Below are positions 1 through 16,300 of a DNA stretch of 64,000 nt, piece after piece (positions within the stretch are counted from its first letter, which is position 1; each line of letters begins with the position of its first letter). The notes beneath the pieces were generated by a model that did not search any database, was not told the origin of the DNA, and was given only the letters and a program-made list of their open reading frames with translations. The translations under genes were made by a program, and so were the position numbers. Source of the stretch: Patescibacteria group bacterium (lineage in GTDB: Bacteria; Patescibacteriota; Minisyncoccia; UBA6257; 2-01-FULL-56-20); NCBI GenBank assembly GCA_024654525.1, contig JANLHI010000031.1:18774-82773 (forward strand), read 5' to 3'.

Positions 1-2
1 AA

Positions 3-227
3 ACCGGTTGTCCATGGTGTATTGAGGCACTCGCATTTTTGAATGAGAAAAAAGTTTCCTATGAAGAGAGGGAGGTACGTGGGAATGAAGTGTACTTTAA
101 AGAGTTAACCGATAAGAGTGGACAAACAAAAACACCCACGCTTGACGTGGACGGCGAGATTCTTGCAGACACCGATGCGCCCGCGATAGAGGCGTTTTTG
201 AAGAAGAAGGGAATTCTCGCCGAATAA
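3..227 (+). CDS. Glutaredoxin/NrdH-like protein (5' end outside window)
   Basis: Frame 3 reads TGCPWCIEALAFL...; CPWC redox motif plus the TP cis-proline motif (KTPTL). Confidence 0.85.
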   Translation, partial: TGCPWCIEALAFLNEKKVSYEEREVRGNEVYFKELTDKSGQTKTPTLDVDGEILADTDAPAIEAFLKKKGILAE

Positions 228-230
228 TAT

Positions 231-650
231 ATGGCGATGTATCGCATGAGAAAAATTTGGTTTCCTCGTACGCCGATCGCGGTGGATTTTGACGGTGTGA
301 TTCATGCATACCGCAAGGGATTTTTAGACGGAAGCGTGTATGACACACCGACGCCGGGCGTAGGTTCGGCGATGGCGCGGCTTCGAAAAAAATATTATGT
401 AGTTGTTTATTCGGCGCGGACGCGAAGCCGCGTGGGGTGTATTGCGGTAACGGCGTATCTCAAAAAGCATCGTATTCCTTTTGATGAAGTGGTGGGATAC
501 AAGCCGCCCGCAAAATTTTATATTGACGACCGTGCAATACGGTTCAAAAATTGGCAACAAACGCTTCAGGAACTTGAACGGTTTGAGAAGGAGCTTGGCG
601 GTCGCCCGCAAAGTGCAGCCGCGAAAGAAAGCCCCATGCCGCGGCAGTAA
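231..650 (+). CDS. HAD-superfamily phosphatase-like protein
   Basis: IAVDFDGVI (motif I), YSAR (II), KP...YIDD (III/IV). Confidence 0.75.
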   Translation: MAMYRMRKIWFPRTPIAVDFDGVIHAYRKGFLDGSVYDTPTPGVGSAMARLRKKYYVVVYSARTRSRVGCIAVTAYLKKHRIPFDEVVGYKPPAKFYIDDRAIRFKNWQQTLQELERFEKELGGRPQSAAAKESPMPRQ

Positions 651-706
651 AAAATGCGGAAATAATAATAAGCGGTTGGAGTCCGTGGGTATGGTGAGGC
701 AATAGT

Positions 707-928
707 GTGTTCATGGGGATAATTGTGCATTTGGATATTATATTATCCAATGGTAATTCAAGTATCTACCACAAGAATCTTGTGAAGTATTTTAAAGAGC
801 GGAGGTACGGATGTTATGTGGATGGCACTCTTGACAGAGTTTTCGCGTCGCGTACAATACTACCCACGGATGAGTACTCTGTTAAACCTTTCAGGGAGAA
901 GTGGCTAAGCCACTGGTTTTTGGTGTAA
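707..928 (+). CDS. Small hypothetical protein
   Basis: ORF followed by a terminator-like hairpin; no recognisable motif. Confidence 0.3.
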   Translation: MFMGIIVHLDIILSNGNSSIYHKNLVKYFKERRYGCYVDGTLDRVFASRTILPTDEYSVKPFREKWLSHWFLV

Positions 929-934
929 TTGCCA

Positions 935-961
935 AACCGCTCCCGAAGCGGTTTTTTCTTT
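935..961 (+). terminator. Intrinsic terminator-like hairpin
   Basis: aaaccgct-cccga-agcggttt followed by a T tract. Confidence 0.6.
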
Positions 962-1153
962 CTGCGCCGAATGAGATGATGGCAGATTGAAAATACATTT
1001 ACTTTGTTTTGCAGAAGCTACGAAAGTAATTTTGTAGACAACGCGAGCAAGGCGAGTGCATATCGGGTTCTTGCCTCGCGGATCGCACGCGATGGGCGAG
1101 AACATATAAGCAAGTCCACCGTTGTTCCATGGAATGGAACATGGTGAGATTAA

Positions 1154-4833
<3,680 letters not shown>

Positions 4834-4976
4834 TATGCGTTACCGGAGTTCCGTATTTCGGAATAAAGGTAAGACTTGCAATGCGAGAATTCAGAAACTA
4901 TACAAAGAATCTGAATTTCTAAAATGTGTACGATGACAAGTATTGTTTTCGGATGCTCATATAAAGAGTTTTTATT

Positions 4977-5093
4977 TGCTGGTGTTTTACTCGTGTGTGC
5001 CCTACCTCTTCCCATTCCGAACAGAGAAGTAAAAGCACGCGAGCTCGATGATACTCGTCCCCTCGGGGATTGGGAAAGTAGAGTACGCCGGCA
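4977..5093 (+). rRNA. rrf: 5S rRNA
   Basis: cccattccgaac, gatgatact and gaaagtag motifs; terminal stem tgctggtg/cgccggca. Confidence 0.95.
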
Positions 5094-5202
5094 TATAAAA
5101 GCTCTTTTTTTATTTGTGTATTTCTCGTACTACAAAAACGGTGCCAGTATCATGAGGAAAATTGAGTTATCAGTGCAGTTTCTTCTTGTGAAAAAGTAGT
5201 TT

Positions 5203-7260
5203 TTATTTTGGAATTGTTTTGCCGTAGTAGTCGTTTTCAAGAATTTTTGCAGAATAGGTGAATTCGTTGGCAACTACATCATTGATTGTTTTTTCGTACG
5301 CAGTATCTTCACGCCCATCATCGGATGCAATCGTTGAATTATATTTTTCTTTGTCTGTGATCCAACTTCGATTTAAGAAAATGACGAGTGGAGAGGCATC
5401 AGAGAATACGTCTCTTCCCATAAGGAGTCGGGAGTCATACTCCAGCCCGAATAAGTTTGATATTGTGGGGAGAATATCCAACGTTGAGACAGGCGTATCT
5501 ATCGTGACAATATCCATTCCTTTTTTCCAAAGAATAAAAACACTTTTATACAACTCAAAGTTTTCTTCTACAGTGTGTCCTGCAAGTTCGTCGATGGATT
5601 CCTTGGGGAGGCCGTAGGGGTAGTGGTCGTTTACGAGGGCAATCACGGTATTGTCTAGGACTCCTGCTTTTTCGAGTTTTTCGATGAGTGATTGTATCGC
5701 AAACTCAAGCTCAAGATTTGCGGCAATATACGCTCGCGAAGCTTCGGAGTAGGGAAGTTGTTCCACTGCGGATTTGTTTTTTGCCGAGATATAATTGCCG
5801 TAGAAGTTGTAATTCATATGTCCACTCATTGTCATATAGTAAGTGTGAAACGGTTGCGTACTGGTGACTATATAGTCATTCGCGGTAACTTCAATCATTT
5901 CCAGGTCGGATTCAGGCCATGTTTTTCTCACACGTAAGCCATTTCCGATTCCTTTGTAGTCATATCCAAGATTGGGCATTGAAACATTTCTGCCATAATA
6001 TGTGTAGGTATGATTGTGAAACGCTTTGGTAAGATAACCGAGTTTTTTAAATTGGTTTCCAAGTGCAAAGGGAAGATAATTTTTTGCCGATTGCAACATG
6101 CTCCAGACACCTGATTTTGGAAGAAGTCCCATATCGCTTACATATTCACCGTCGGATGTGCTTACTCCCCACACCGGGTTATAAAAATTGTTGAATACGA
6201 AACCCTCGTGCGACATTGCATAGAGCGTCGGGGTTAGTGTGGGGTCCATTGCATACGGAGAAAAAGATTCGGCGACTATAAAAATCAGATTATTTCCTTC
6301 AAACATGCCGGTACGGCTGTTTTTTTTCTCCGGCACAATAGAGGAAAAATATGTATGCATATCACGAATTGTTGGATTATTTTCTTGATCAATCAATTCT
6401 TTAAAATCAATATCCAGTATGTTGTGTGTTGAAGAAGAAATAGCTTCAGCTACGGGTGGAGTTGTGGGAATTTCGATATCTGATGTGATGCCTTTCTCTT
6501 TTTTTTCTTCAAATCCAAAGGCAAGTCGCATAAGATCGAGGCGCATGGTAGTGAGGACTCCCAGCTCTCGCACCGAAAGCTCCGGCGATGCGATGTTGTA
6601 ATACACCGCATATTGAGAGAAATTTTTTTCTTGCGTAGCGTGTATCCCTAGTATGGTGGCAATATAGCTTATCACACCAATGAGTAATACTCCGAAAAAT
6701 ATTTGCGGTTTCGGACGGGAAAGTCGTAGGTGTTTCCCGAAAAACAACAAAAACAAAATCGGAAGGAAAAAGAGAAAAATTGCGGCGCTATTTTTAAGAA
6801 TTGCCGATTTGATAACATCCAAAAATTGAAGCGCACCCTCGGCGCCAATAAGAGAGTAAAGAGGAAAGGGAGTGTGGAAGGTGTAATGGTAAATCAGCTG
6901 TCCGCCGTACATCAGTATTAAGAAGAGCGTGATGAGCACGGCTACGATCTTATTTATTCTTTTCGAGAAGAGAACAGACAGAAGGAAAAAAACTGTGGCT
7001 GCGGGTAGCGAGAATAATACTGCAAAAATATAGTCGGTGTTTATATTCCCGAACGTCCATAATCCGTACACAAGTTCAAAGTAGGATATGCTTACCGCAA
7101 AAAAAATAAAAAGCCCATAATGAGAAAAAAGAGTGGGCGGTTTTAGTGGCGGGTCGGGAATCGGTGAGGAGATACTCAATGGGTTATTTTCCGTCATGTG
7201 AGAAAGAGTATCAGGGTGAATTATTGCTTTCATTCTACTGCGTATTAAGTTTATATTCAA
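5203..7260 (-). CDS. LTA synthase family sulfatase-like membrane protein (start probably ~7197)
   Basis: Five N-terminal TM helices; NLIFIVAES, STSDGE, MSGH and DHYPY motifs. Confidence 0.85.
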   Translation of the reverse strand: MNINLIRSRMKAIIHPDTLSHMTENNPLSISSPIPDPPLKPPTLFSHYGLFIFFAVSISYFELVYGLWTFGNINTDYIFAVLFSLPAATVFFLLSVLFSKRINKIVAVLITLFLILMYGGQLIYHYTFHTPFPLYSLIGAEGALQFLDVIKSAILKNSAAIFLFFLPILFLLFFGKHLRLSRPKPQIFFGVLLIGVISYIATILGIHATQEKNFSQYAVYYNIASPELSVRELGVLTTMRLDLMRLAFGFEEKKEKGITSDIEIPTTPPVAEAISSSTHNILDIDFKELIDQENNPTIRDMHTYFSSIVPEKKNSRTGMFEGNNLIFIVAESFSPYAMDPTLTPTLYAMSHEGFVFNNFYNPVWGVSTSDGEYVSDMGLLPKSGVWSMLQSAKNYLPFALGNQFKKLGYLTKAFHNHTYTYYGRNVSMPNLGYDYKGIGNGLRVRKTWPESDLEMIEVTANDYIVTSTQPFHTYYMTMSGHMNYNFYGNYISAKNKSAVEQLPYSEASRAYIAANLELEFAIQSLIEKLEKAGVLDNTVIALVNDHYPYGLPKESIDELAGHTVEENFELYKSVFILWKKGMDIVTIDTPVSTLDILPTISNLFGLEYDSRLLMGRDVFSDASPLVIFLNRSWITDKEKYNSTIASDDGREDTAYEKTINDVVANEFTYSAKILENDYYGKTIPK

Positions 7261-7423
7261 AAGCGCATTCTTGTTTTTTAGATATGAAGTGCAACACCGC
7301 CAAGGGCGCGAGACATGGCGGTGTTGATGGTGAGGGGGTTCTTCTTCTCATTGATATCTAGTGGGTAATGTCGCAAATTGACTCCCTTTTCATTTTTTCA
7401 CTTCTTTCTTTACAATTAGACTA

Positions 7424-8194
7424 ATGCCCCGTTTTTTAAAACAATTTCTCTATGGGATTTTCTACCTTGCTATTTTTATCGGAATTCCCGCCGGGATATA
7501 CCTTGCGTTTTTAAAACCTGCGCCGACATGTACGGATGGAATACGAAATGGCGATGAGCAGGGGATTGATTGCGGAGGGGTGTGTGTGAAGGCGTGTATC
7601 CCCGCCGATATTCTTCCGTTGGAAGCTCCTGCGGGTATGAGAATTATTCCTCTTGATAACACGCATACTAGTTTTTTTGCGGAAGTGATTAATCCGAATG
7701 TCGGTTATGCGGCGACTCGGTTTCGTTATGCGGTTACCGTCGAGCGCAAGACGGGATCGAATATGCTATTTTCCGGAACGTCATATATTTATGGTGGTCA
7801 AGTGAGAGCGTTGGTTTTCCCTAATTTGGAGTTGAGCGACAGTGACATTACAAATGTAAAAATTGAATTCAGTGATTCAGAGTGGATTCCTTCGTCGTCA
7901 TGGATGCGTCCGCAGTTTCGTGTATTGAACATTGCTACACAGCAAGATCCTCCGGAGGGTGGGGGTACTCTTGTTGCCGAAGGAGAATTGGTTAGTGACG
8001 AGGTTATTTCGTTCCCGTCGGTTGAAATTGTCGCGGTTTTCATCGGGAGATTTGGTGAAGTGGCGGGCGTGTCTCGTACCGAAGTCTCTTCTGTTTCTCC
8101 GGCGATTCCCGTACGATTCACCGTTACGCATCCCGATATTTCCGATGTGAATGCGAGTGCGACTCGAATCATGATATCCGCGTTGCGTCCGTAA
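7424..8194 (+). CDS. Membrane-anchored hypothetical protein with Cys-rich motif
   Basis: N-terminal TM then TCTDGIRNGDEQGIDCGGVC. Confidence 0.75.
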   Translation: MPRFLKQFLYGIFYLAIFIGIPAGIYLAFLKPAPTCTDGIRNGDEQGIDCGGVCVKACIPADILPLEAPAGMRIIPLDNTHTSFFAEVINPNVGYAATRFRYAVTVERKTGSNMLFSGTSYIYGGQVRALVFPNLELSDSDITNVKIEFSDSEWIPSSSWMRPQFRVLNIATQQDPPEGGGTLVAEGELVSDEVISFPSVEIVAVFIGRFGEVAGVSRTEVSSVSPAIPVRFTVTHPDISDVNASATRIMISALRP

Positions 8195-8195
8195 G

Positions 8196-9245
8196 ATGAA
8201 CATGGGTCTTTTTATTCCTCTTGGCATGCTTTTTCTCGGAGGCATGCTTACTATTTCCAGCGTTTCCATGCATCTTTTTTTTCTCCAGCTTTCCTGGTTC
8301 GCAATAGGCGCGGTGGTGTTCTTGGCATTTTTCTTTTTTGATTGGCGTGCCATATTCAATAATCGGTGGTTTATTCCTTCGTTGTATGTGTTCGGAGTAA
8401 TATTGCTTGCATTCGTGACTTTTTTTGGTCCGGTGGTGCGCAATACACGAAGCTGGATTGTCATTGGCCCGTTTAATTTTCAACCGGTGGAGCTTATGAA
8501 AATCGCATTCATATTGCTTTTCGCGAGTTATTTCAGTCGGCGGCATGTCGGTGTGGCGCGGTGGAGTACTATTTTTACTTCATCAATTCTTTTTGTCATT
8601 CCGACAGGACTTGTAGCACTGCAACCTGATCTTGGTTCGGCATTCATCCTTGTGACTATTTGGTTCGGATTTCTTCTCTTTGCCGGATTACCGATGAGGA
8701 GAATTATGCTTGCGATACTTGTTTTTGCCATAGTAGGAACATACGGGTGGTCTCATATTTTCAAAGACTATCAGCGTGAGCGGATTATCAACGTATTTTA
8801 TCCTGAGCGAAATGTGTTGGGGTTGAATTACAGCACGGCGCAGTCGAAGATTGCCATTGGATCGGCGGGATTTTGGGGAAAGGGGTATGGACAGGGAACT
8901 CAAACACAGCTTGGATTTTTAACCGAGCCGGCGAGTGATTTTGCACTTGCCGCACTTATTGAAGAATGGGGTCTTATGGGTGGGCTTGCGATAATAGGTG
9001 CGTTTGTCGCATTAGAATTTTGGATTATCAGAGTAGGGAGAATCGCGGAGCGTAATTTTGAAACATTCGTATGCGTGGGGATAGCAACGATGTTCGCAAT
9101 GCAATTTTTGGTAAATGTCGGTTCTACATTGGGATTTATGCCTGTGGTAGGACTTACATTTCCTTTTTTGAGTTATGGGGGATCAAGCTTGGTTGCGGAT
9201 TTTGCGCTTATTGGTATTGTAAACTCCATACGAATACGCGTGTAA
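8196..9245 (+). CDS. rodA: SEDS family peptidoglycan glycosyltransferase RodA/FtsW
   Basis: RSWI, FQPVELMK, QPDLG, SKIAIGSAG, LPFLSYGGSS-like motifs. Confidence 0.9.
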   Translation: MNMGLFIPLGMLFLGGMLTISSVSMHLFFLQLSWFAIGAVVFLAFFFFDWRAIFNNRWFIPSLYVFGVILLAFVTFFGPVVRNTRSWIVIGPFNFQPVELMKIAFILLFASYFSRRHVGVARWSTIFTSSILFVIPTGLVALQPDLGSAFILVTIWFGFLLFAGLPMRRIMLAILVFAIVGTYGWSHIFKDYQRERIINVFYPERNVLGLNYSTAQSKIAIGSAGFWGKGYGQGTQTQLGFLTEPASDFALAALIEEWGLMGGLAIIGAFVALEFWIIRVGRIAERNFETFVCVGIATMFAMQFLVNVGSTLGFMPVVGLTFPFLSYGGSSLVADFALIGIVNSIRIRV

Positions 9246-9246
9246 T

Positions 9247-10224
9247 ATGAATCGATTTTCTGTTGTTCCGCTCAGAATAAAAATAAGTGTTGCCACGGCG
9301 ATTGTTGCCGGGCTTTTTGTATTTGGACTTATGCCGCGTGCATGGGGAGGAGCCCCTGCACAATCATTCGAGATAATGAGAGGAGAAGGGTTTCGGGAAA
9401 TAGTGGATCGCCTTCGCGATGAACGGCTTATTCGATCCTCTTTCTCTCTTAAGTTGTACAGTGTTCTTTTTGGTACTGCGTATTCGTTGAAGCCGGGGAT
9501 GTATCTCATTACTCCCTCAATGAGCGGGCCGAGAATTCTTAATGTGCTTATTGCGGGTGCGAGAAAAGAAATTCAAGTGGTGGTTCCCGAAGGGAGTTCG
9601 ATATATGACACCGATTCCATTCTTTCTACCGCGGGAGTATTGCCATCCGGAGCGTTTTCGAGTTACACACTAGAGCATCGCCTGGAAGGATATTTGTTTC
9701 CTGACACCTATAAGTTTTTTACCGGAATGTTTGTAGAAGATGTAGTGGATAAATTTCTCGACAGTTTTAATCGTAAGGCACAGCCCTTGCTTAAGGGAGA
9801 TGAGTTGCATGCTATGGAGAATTTAATTCTTGCGTCTCTTGTCGAAAAGGAGATTCCTTCATATGAAGATAGGCAGATTGTTGCGGGAATCCTCAAAAAA
9901 AGAGTTTTGGTACGTATGCCTCTTCAAGTCGATGCGACTATTTGTTATATCAAAAAACAGCGTGCCGGGAAGCCGACCGATTGTTACCCGCTTTCTCCTC
10001 TTGACTTCACAATTGATTCCCCCTACAATACGTATCTGCGCATGGGGTTCCCTCCCCAGCCCATAGGAAGTCCTGGCGTTCATGCGATTATGGCGGTACT
10101 TGCTCCAAAAGTTTCTCCATATTGGTACTACTTGAGCGATCCTTTAACAGAGAAGACCGTTTTTAGTGAGACCCTTGACGAACATGAACAAAATAGGGTT
10201 AAATATTTAAAGGTCATGCATTAA
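9247..10224 (+). CDS. mltG: Endolytic transglycosylase MltG
   Basis: LEGYLFPDTY, ASLVEKE, LQVDAT, SPYNTY. Confidence 0.93.
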   Translation: MNRFSVVPLRIKISVATAIVAGLFVFGLMPRAWGGAPAQSFEIMRGEGFREIVDRLRDERLIRSSFSLKLYSVLFGTAYSLKPGMYLITPSMSGPRILNVLIAGARKEIQVVVPEGSSIYDTDSILSTAGVLPSGAFSSYTLEHRLEGYLFPDTYKFFTGMFVEDVVDKFLDSFNRKAQPLLKGDELHAMENLILASLVEKEIPSYEDRQIVAGILKKRVLVRMPLQVDATICYIKKQRAGKPTDCYPLSPLDFTIDSPYNTYLRMGFPPQPIGSPGVHAIMAVLAPKVSPYWYYLSDPLTEKTVFSETLDEHEQNRVKYLKVMH

Positions 10225-10330
10225 GAGATAAAGGGAAACCCATTCGGGATTTTTCCTTTTTTGCGTCTTGGGTTTGTAAATAAATTCTTGCCTGGCGAAT
10301 GGCAGGAAATATCAACTTTTTATTTATTTT

Positions 10331-13300
10331 ATGCATCAAAAAAAGCTTCCCACGAAAGATTTCTCGAGTTCGAAGCCGTTGGTACAACCGATAAATTTAA
10401 ATGAGGTACAGCTTGATTCATATAAGTGGTTTTTAGAAAAGGGACTCGCGGAACTTTTTCGCGAGGCTTCGCCTATTTGTGATCATACCGGAAAAGAAAT
10501 AGCCCTCTCGTTTGATGGGTATCGTTTTGACGAGCCAAAGTATGATGAAACGATGGCTCGATATAAAGATGCAACATACGAAGCGGCGTTGCGGGTAAAT
10601 GTTTCCATTGAGTATCTCAAGACGAAGCACAAAGAGACTCAGGAGATATATTTTGGAGATTTCCCCATTATGACGGAAAGGGGAACATTTATTATAAACG
10701 GAGTTGAGCGCGTGGTGGTGTCTCAGCTTATTCGTTCCGCGGGAGTGTATTTCACCGCAATACCATGGAGAGGACACAATCTTTTTGGCGCCAAGATTAT
10801 TCCAAATCGCGGTGCGTGGCTTGAATTTGAAACCGACATAGACGGTGTTATTGGCGTAAAAATCGACAGGCATCGTAAAACACCCGTGTCCGATCTCCTT
10901 CGCGTACTTGGACTTTCGAATGAAGAAATGCTCAAGACATTTGAGAATGTCGATACGGGTTCGGTGCGTTATATCGAAAACACACTTAAGAAAGATGTTG
11001 CAAAAGACAAAGATGAATCGTATCTCGAAATTTACAGACGTCTTCGTCCGGGAGATCCTGCAACCGCACAGACTGCAAAGGGACTTGTCGATGGCTTGTT
11101 CCAAAGATTTGATCGATATGACTTGGGCGAAGTAGGTCGGTTTAAAATGAATCAGCGACTCCTTCTTCCCAAAGAAAATGACACTCGTCTTCTTGAGATA
11201 AATGATATTGTGGCGATTGTACGTGAGATTATTGGTCTTAACAATAATCCCGAGGCGGGGCCGGACGATATTGATCATCTTGGTAACCGTCGCTTGAAAG
11301 CGGTGGGGGAATTGTTGCAAGGTCGTCTCCGGATAGGGCTTGCACGTTTGCGCCGTATCATCCAGGACAGAATGTCAACGCAAGCAAAGGAAGATATTCT
11401 TCCCGCACAGCTTATTAATTTCCGTCCTATCGTAGCGGTGGTGAAGGAATTTTTTGCATCATCTCAATTATCCCAGTTTATGGATCAGGTAAATCCATTG
11501 GCGGAGCTTGAGCATAAGCGTCGTATTTCCGCGCTTGGTCCCGGGGGGCTTACGCGAGAACGAGCGAGTTTCGAAGTTCGTGATGTACACCGTTCTCACT
11601 ATGGACGTATTTGTCCGATTCAAACACCGGAAGGAGCGAATATTGGTCTTATCAACTATTTGGCAAGTTTTGCAAAAATAAATCAGTTTGGATTTCTTGA
11701 AGCACCCTATGTGCGTGTGGAGAAGGGTCGTGTGACGGGTGATGTGGTATGGCTTGATGCGCTTGAAGAGGAGCGCGTGAAAATTACGCATGCGGGTGTG
11801 CCTCGCGACGAAAAAGGAAACATCACCGTATCTTTTGTCGAGGCGCGCGTGAAGGGTGATCCGGGAACTGTGGCATCAAATGAAGTTGACTATATTGATG
11901 TGGCTCCTCACGAGTTTATCAGTGTTGCGACATCTCTTATTCCTTTCTTGCAACACGATGATGCAAACCGTGCGCTTATGGGTAGTAACATGCAACGGCA
12001 GGCAGTGGGATCCGTTCGACCACAGGCTCCCTACGTGGGAACAGGAGAAGAAGAACGTGTTGCACAATATTCCGGATATGTAGTACTTGCTTCCGAAGAC
12101 GGTACCGTACTTGAAGCGGATGCGACTCATGTGAAGATGGACTACAAGAAGCTTGGTATTAAAAGCTATACGCTTCAAAAGTTTAAGCGTTCGAATCAAT
12201 TCACTTGCATTTCGCAACACCCCATCGTGGTTGCGGGGGATACGGTAAAAAAAGGAGATGTGCTTGTTGATGGCCCTTCTACGGAGAATGGTGTGCTTGC
12301 GCTTGGGCAAAATCTTCTTGTTTCGTTCATGTCGTGGGAAGGTGCAAACTTTGAAGACGCGATTATTCTTTCCGAGCGAGTAGTGCAAAATGACAATTTC
12401 TCCTCTATTCATATAGAGGATTATTATTGTGATGTTCGTGATACTAAGCTTGGTCCGGAAATTACTACGCCGGATATCCCTAATATTTCTGAAGAAAAAC
12501 TTCGCAACCTTGATGAAGAAGGAATTGTGCGTGTTGGTGCGGAGGTAAAAGCGGGTGATATTCTTGTAGGGAAAATTTCTCCGAAAGGAGAAGCGGAACT
12601 TACTGCGGAAGAACGCCTTTTGAGAGCTATTTTTGGAGAGAAGGCGCGCGATGTGAAAGATACATCTCTTACGCTTCCTCATGGAAAGAGAGGGCGTATC
12701 GTGAGTATTAAGGTTTTTGATCGTGAGCAAGGAGATAAATTGGAGCCGGGTATTATCAAACGGATTCAGGTTGAAGTCGCACAACTTCGTAAAGTGCAGG
12801 CGGGAGATAAGCTCGCCGGACGTCACGGAAATAAAGGTGTTATTTCGCAAGTACGTGCAGTTGAAGATATGCCATATCTTCCCGATGGAACTCCGGTTGA
12901 TATTATTTTGAATCCTCTTGGTGTGGTGTCGCGTATGAATTTGGGACAGGTACTTGAAACGCATCTTGGTCTCGCTGCTGCGAAACTTGGTTACCGCGCG
13001 ATAACGCCGGGGTTGGATTCGGCGAGTGAAGAAGATATCAAGAACGAATTGCGTGCGGCGGGATACCCGGAAGATGGAAAAACCGTGCTTTATGACGGAC
13101 GTACCGGAAAGCCTTTTGAAAATCGCGTTTCGGTGGGCGTTATTTATATGTTGAAACTGAACCACCTTATAGAAGACAAGGCGCATGTTCGTTCTATCGG
13201 GCCTTACTCGCTTATCACGCAACAGCCTCTTGGGGGAAAGGCGCAGTTTGGTGGACAGCGTTTCGGAGAAATGGAAGTGTGGGCGCTTGAAGGATATGGC

Positions 13301-16300
13301 GCTAAACATGTATTGCAGGAAATGCTTACCATCAAATCCGATGATGTGGTGGGACGTGCTGCGGCATACGAATCCATTATTCGTGGAGAAGTTATTAAAG
13401 AGCCGAATATTCCCGCATCATTTAATGTATTGGTGAATGAATTGAAATCGCTTGGGTTTAATATTGCTCCCATATACGAAGAAGTGGAATCTGTTCATCG
13501 TGAGAACTTTTCTGCACTTAAAATCAGCGTGGCGTCTCCGGAAAATATCAGTGAATGGTCACATGGAGAAGTTACGAAGCCTGAGACAATCAATTATCGT
13601 ACGCAACGACCTGAGAAAGACGGGCTTTTCTCGGAGCGTATTTTCGGTCCTACAAAAGATTATGAATGTTATTGCGGTAAGTATCGGCGCATTCGCTATA
13701 AAGGGGTGGTGTGTGACAAATGTGGCGTTGAAGTAACTCGAGCTTCGGTGCGACGTGAACGTATTGGTCATATTTCGCTTGCGGTGCCAGTTACTCACAT
13801 TTGGTTTTTAAAGAGCGTACCATCTCGGTTGAGTTTGATGCTTGATGTATCCTCAATGAAGCTCGAGAGGGTGGTGTATTACTCGGCGTACATTGTGACT
13901 GATGTTGATGAGACTCGGAAGCATGAGGCTCTTACGGAGCTTGAGCGTGAAGTGAAGGGTAAACTGAAAATTGTAGGTAAAGATAAAGAGGCAAAGAGCG
14001 AAGTGAATTCGGCGGCCGCAGACGTACGCGAAATGCTTGAAGGACTGAGGCGTGGACAAGTCCTTTCAGAAGGGGAATATTTCAGTTTGGCGCGCAGATT
14101 TGGAGGTGTGTTTACTGCAGGTACGGGAGCGAGCGCAATACGGAAAATTCTCGAGAAGATGGATCTTCGGAAGGAAATTCAGAGAACGGAAAAAGAAATT
14201 GAACTTTCTACCGGAAAAGTAGTGGATGCAAAACATCTTCGACGACTGAAGATGTTGAAGTCGATGCTTAAGAACGGTATTCGTCCCGAATGGATGGTAC
14301 TCACCACATTGCCGGTGCTTCCGCCCGACCTTCGTCCTATGGTGGCACTTGATGGAGGGCGTTACGCGACATCGGATTTGAATGATTTGTATCGGCGCGT
14401 TATCAATCGCAATAATCGGTTGAAGAAACTTCTTGAAATTAAAGCTCCCGATGTAATCGTGCAAAACGAAAAACGTATGTTGCAGGAAGCGGTGGATGCG
14501 CTTATCGATAATTCAGCTCGTTTCGGCACGCAACAGCTTTCCGCACAGCGAAGACCACTCCGCTCGCTCGCGGATATGCTTAAGGGAAAGCAAGGACGAT
14601 TCCGGCAAAATCTTTTGGGAAAGCGTGTGGATTATTCCGGTCGTTCCGTGATTGTGGTAGGTCCCAAACTTAAACTTGACGAATGCGGACTTCCTAAGCG
14701 TATGGCGCTCGAGCTTTTCCGTCCCTTTGTTATTTCTGAAATTGTCCGGCGTGGACTTGCACATAATATTCGTGGTGCATCGCGAGTAATTGAAGAGGGA
14801 GGGGATGACGTATGGGCTATCCTTGAGGAAATTATCAAGACGCGATATGTACTCTTGAACCGTGCACCGACATTACACAGGCTTTCTGTGCAGGCATTTC
14901 GTCCTATTCTTGTAGAAGGTCTTGCTATTCAAATTCCTCCGCTTGTCTGTGTGGCGTTTAACGCCGATTTTGACGGTGATCAGATGGCGGTACATCTTCC
15001 TCTTTCCGATGTTGCTCAGAAAGAAGCGCGCGAAGTGATGTCTGCGGCACTCAATCTTTTGAAGCCTGCGACGGGTGAACTTATTGTGAGTCCTACACAA
15101 GATATGGTATTGGGTTCGTATTATCTTACCCGATCTGATCCTGATTTTACCGGTACGCCAAAATCATTCCTTGATATCCGCGAAGCGATTCTCTCATACG
15201 ATATGGGAATAATTGCATTGCATACTCCTCTTGTCGTAAACGGGCTCGAGACAACACTTGGAAGACTTATTTTTAATGAAGCGCTTATGGGGACGGTGCC
15301 GTATGTGAATGAAGGATTCAACAAGAAAAAACTTTCTCGGTTGATTGAATCCATATTGAGTGCTCATGGCGTCGAGGTTGCGCGTGATGTGCTTGACCGT
15401 GTAAAACTTCTTGGGTTTGAGATGGCGACACTATCTGGTATCACGTGGGCTATTTCCGATCTTGCGACTCCTGTTGAAAAGGCAGATGTATTGGCTCGTT
15501 CGGAGGAAGCGGTATTACGTATTCGTGAGCAGTATCAAGATGGACTTTTGACTGTGCCGGAGCGTCGCGCGCGTGTGATTAGCGTATGGGAAGCCGCAAA
15601 AGCCGACATTGCAAAACTGGTTTCGGTTACGCTTTCTCCCACCAATCCCATTTATCAAATTGTCGATTCGGGGGCTCGTGGTTCATGGGCTCAGCCTATT
15701 CAGATGATGGGTATGAAGGGTTTGGTGCAAAATCCGAAGGGTGAAATTATAGAGCTTCCTCTTCGCTCTTCTCTTAAAGAAGGTCTTTCCGTGTTGGAAT
15801 ACTTTATTTCCACTCACGGTGCGCGTAAGGGAACGACCGATACGGCGCTCAAAACCGCTCAAGCGGGGTATCTTACTCGTCGTCTCGTGGATGTATCGCA
15901 AGATATCACTATTTCAGAGGAAGATTGCAAAACAAAGGAAGGAGTTGAGATGCGGCGTACAGGAGAAAAAGATTTTAACTTACCGTTTGGCACTCGTATT
16001 TTTTCGCGTACAGTTCTTGAAGATGTTCGTGTGGGAAAGAGGGTGGTGGTGAAAGCAGGAGAAATCGTGGATCGTGCTGCTGCCGATCTTATTGAGCAGT
16101 CTGATATAGATGTGGTGAAAATTCGTTCGCCTATTGCTTGTAAAACGTTGTATGGCATATGTGCAAAATGTTACGGCTATGATTTAAGCGATAATAAGCC
16201 CGTACAGCTTGGAACTGCGGTGGGAGTGGTTGCTGCGCAATCCATCGGTGAACCGGGAACGCAGCTTACCATGCGTACATTCCACCTTGGAGGTATGGCG

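Noticed and set aside
1000..1150. Possible tRNA in the 23S leader
   Set aside because: Hairpins are present but there is no cloverleaf or T-loop consensus.
11876..13309. 477-aa antisense ORF and other long shadow ORFs
   Set aside because: Antisense to conserved genes (rpoBC, thrS, valS, atpD) and lacking motifs.
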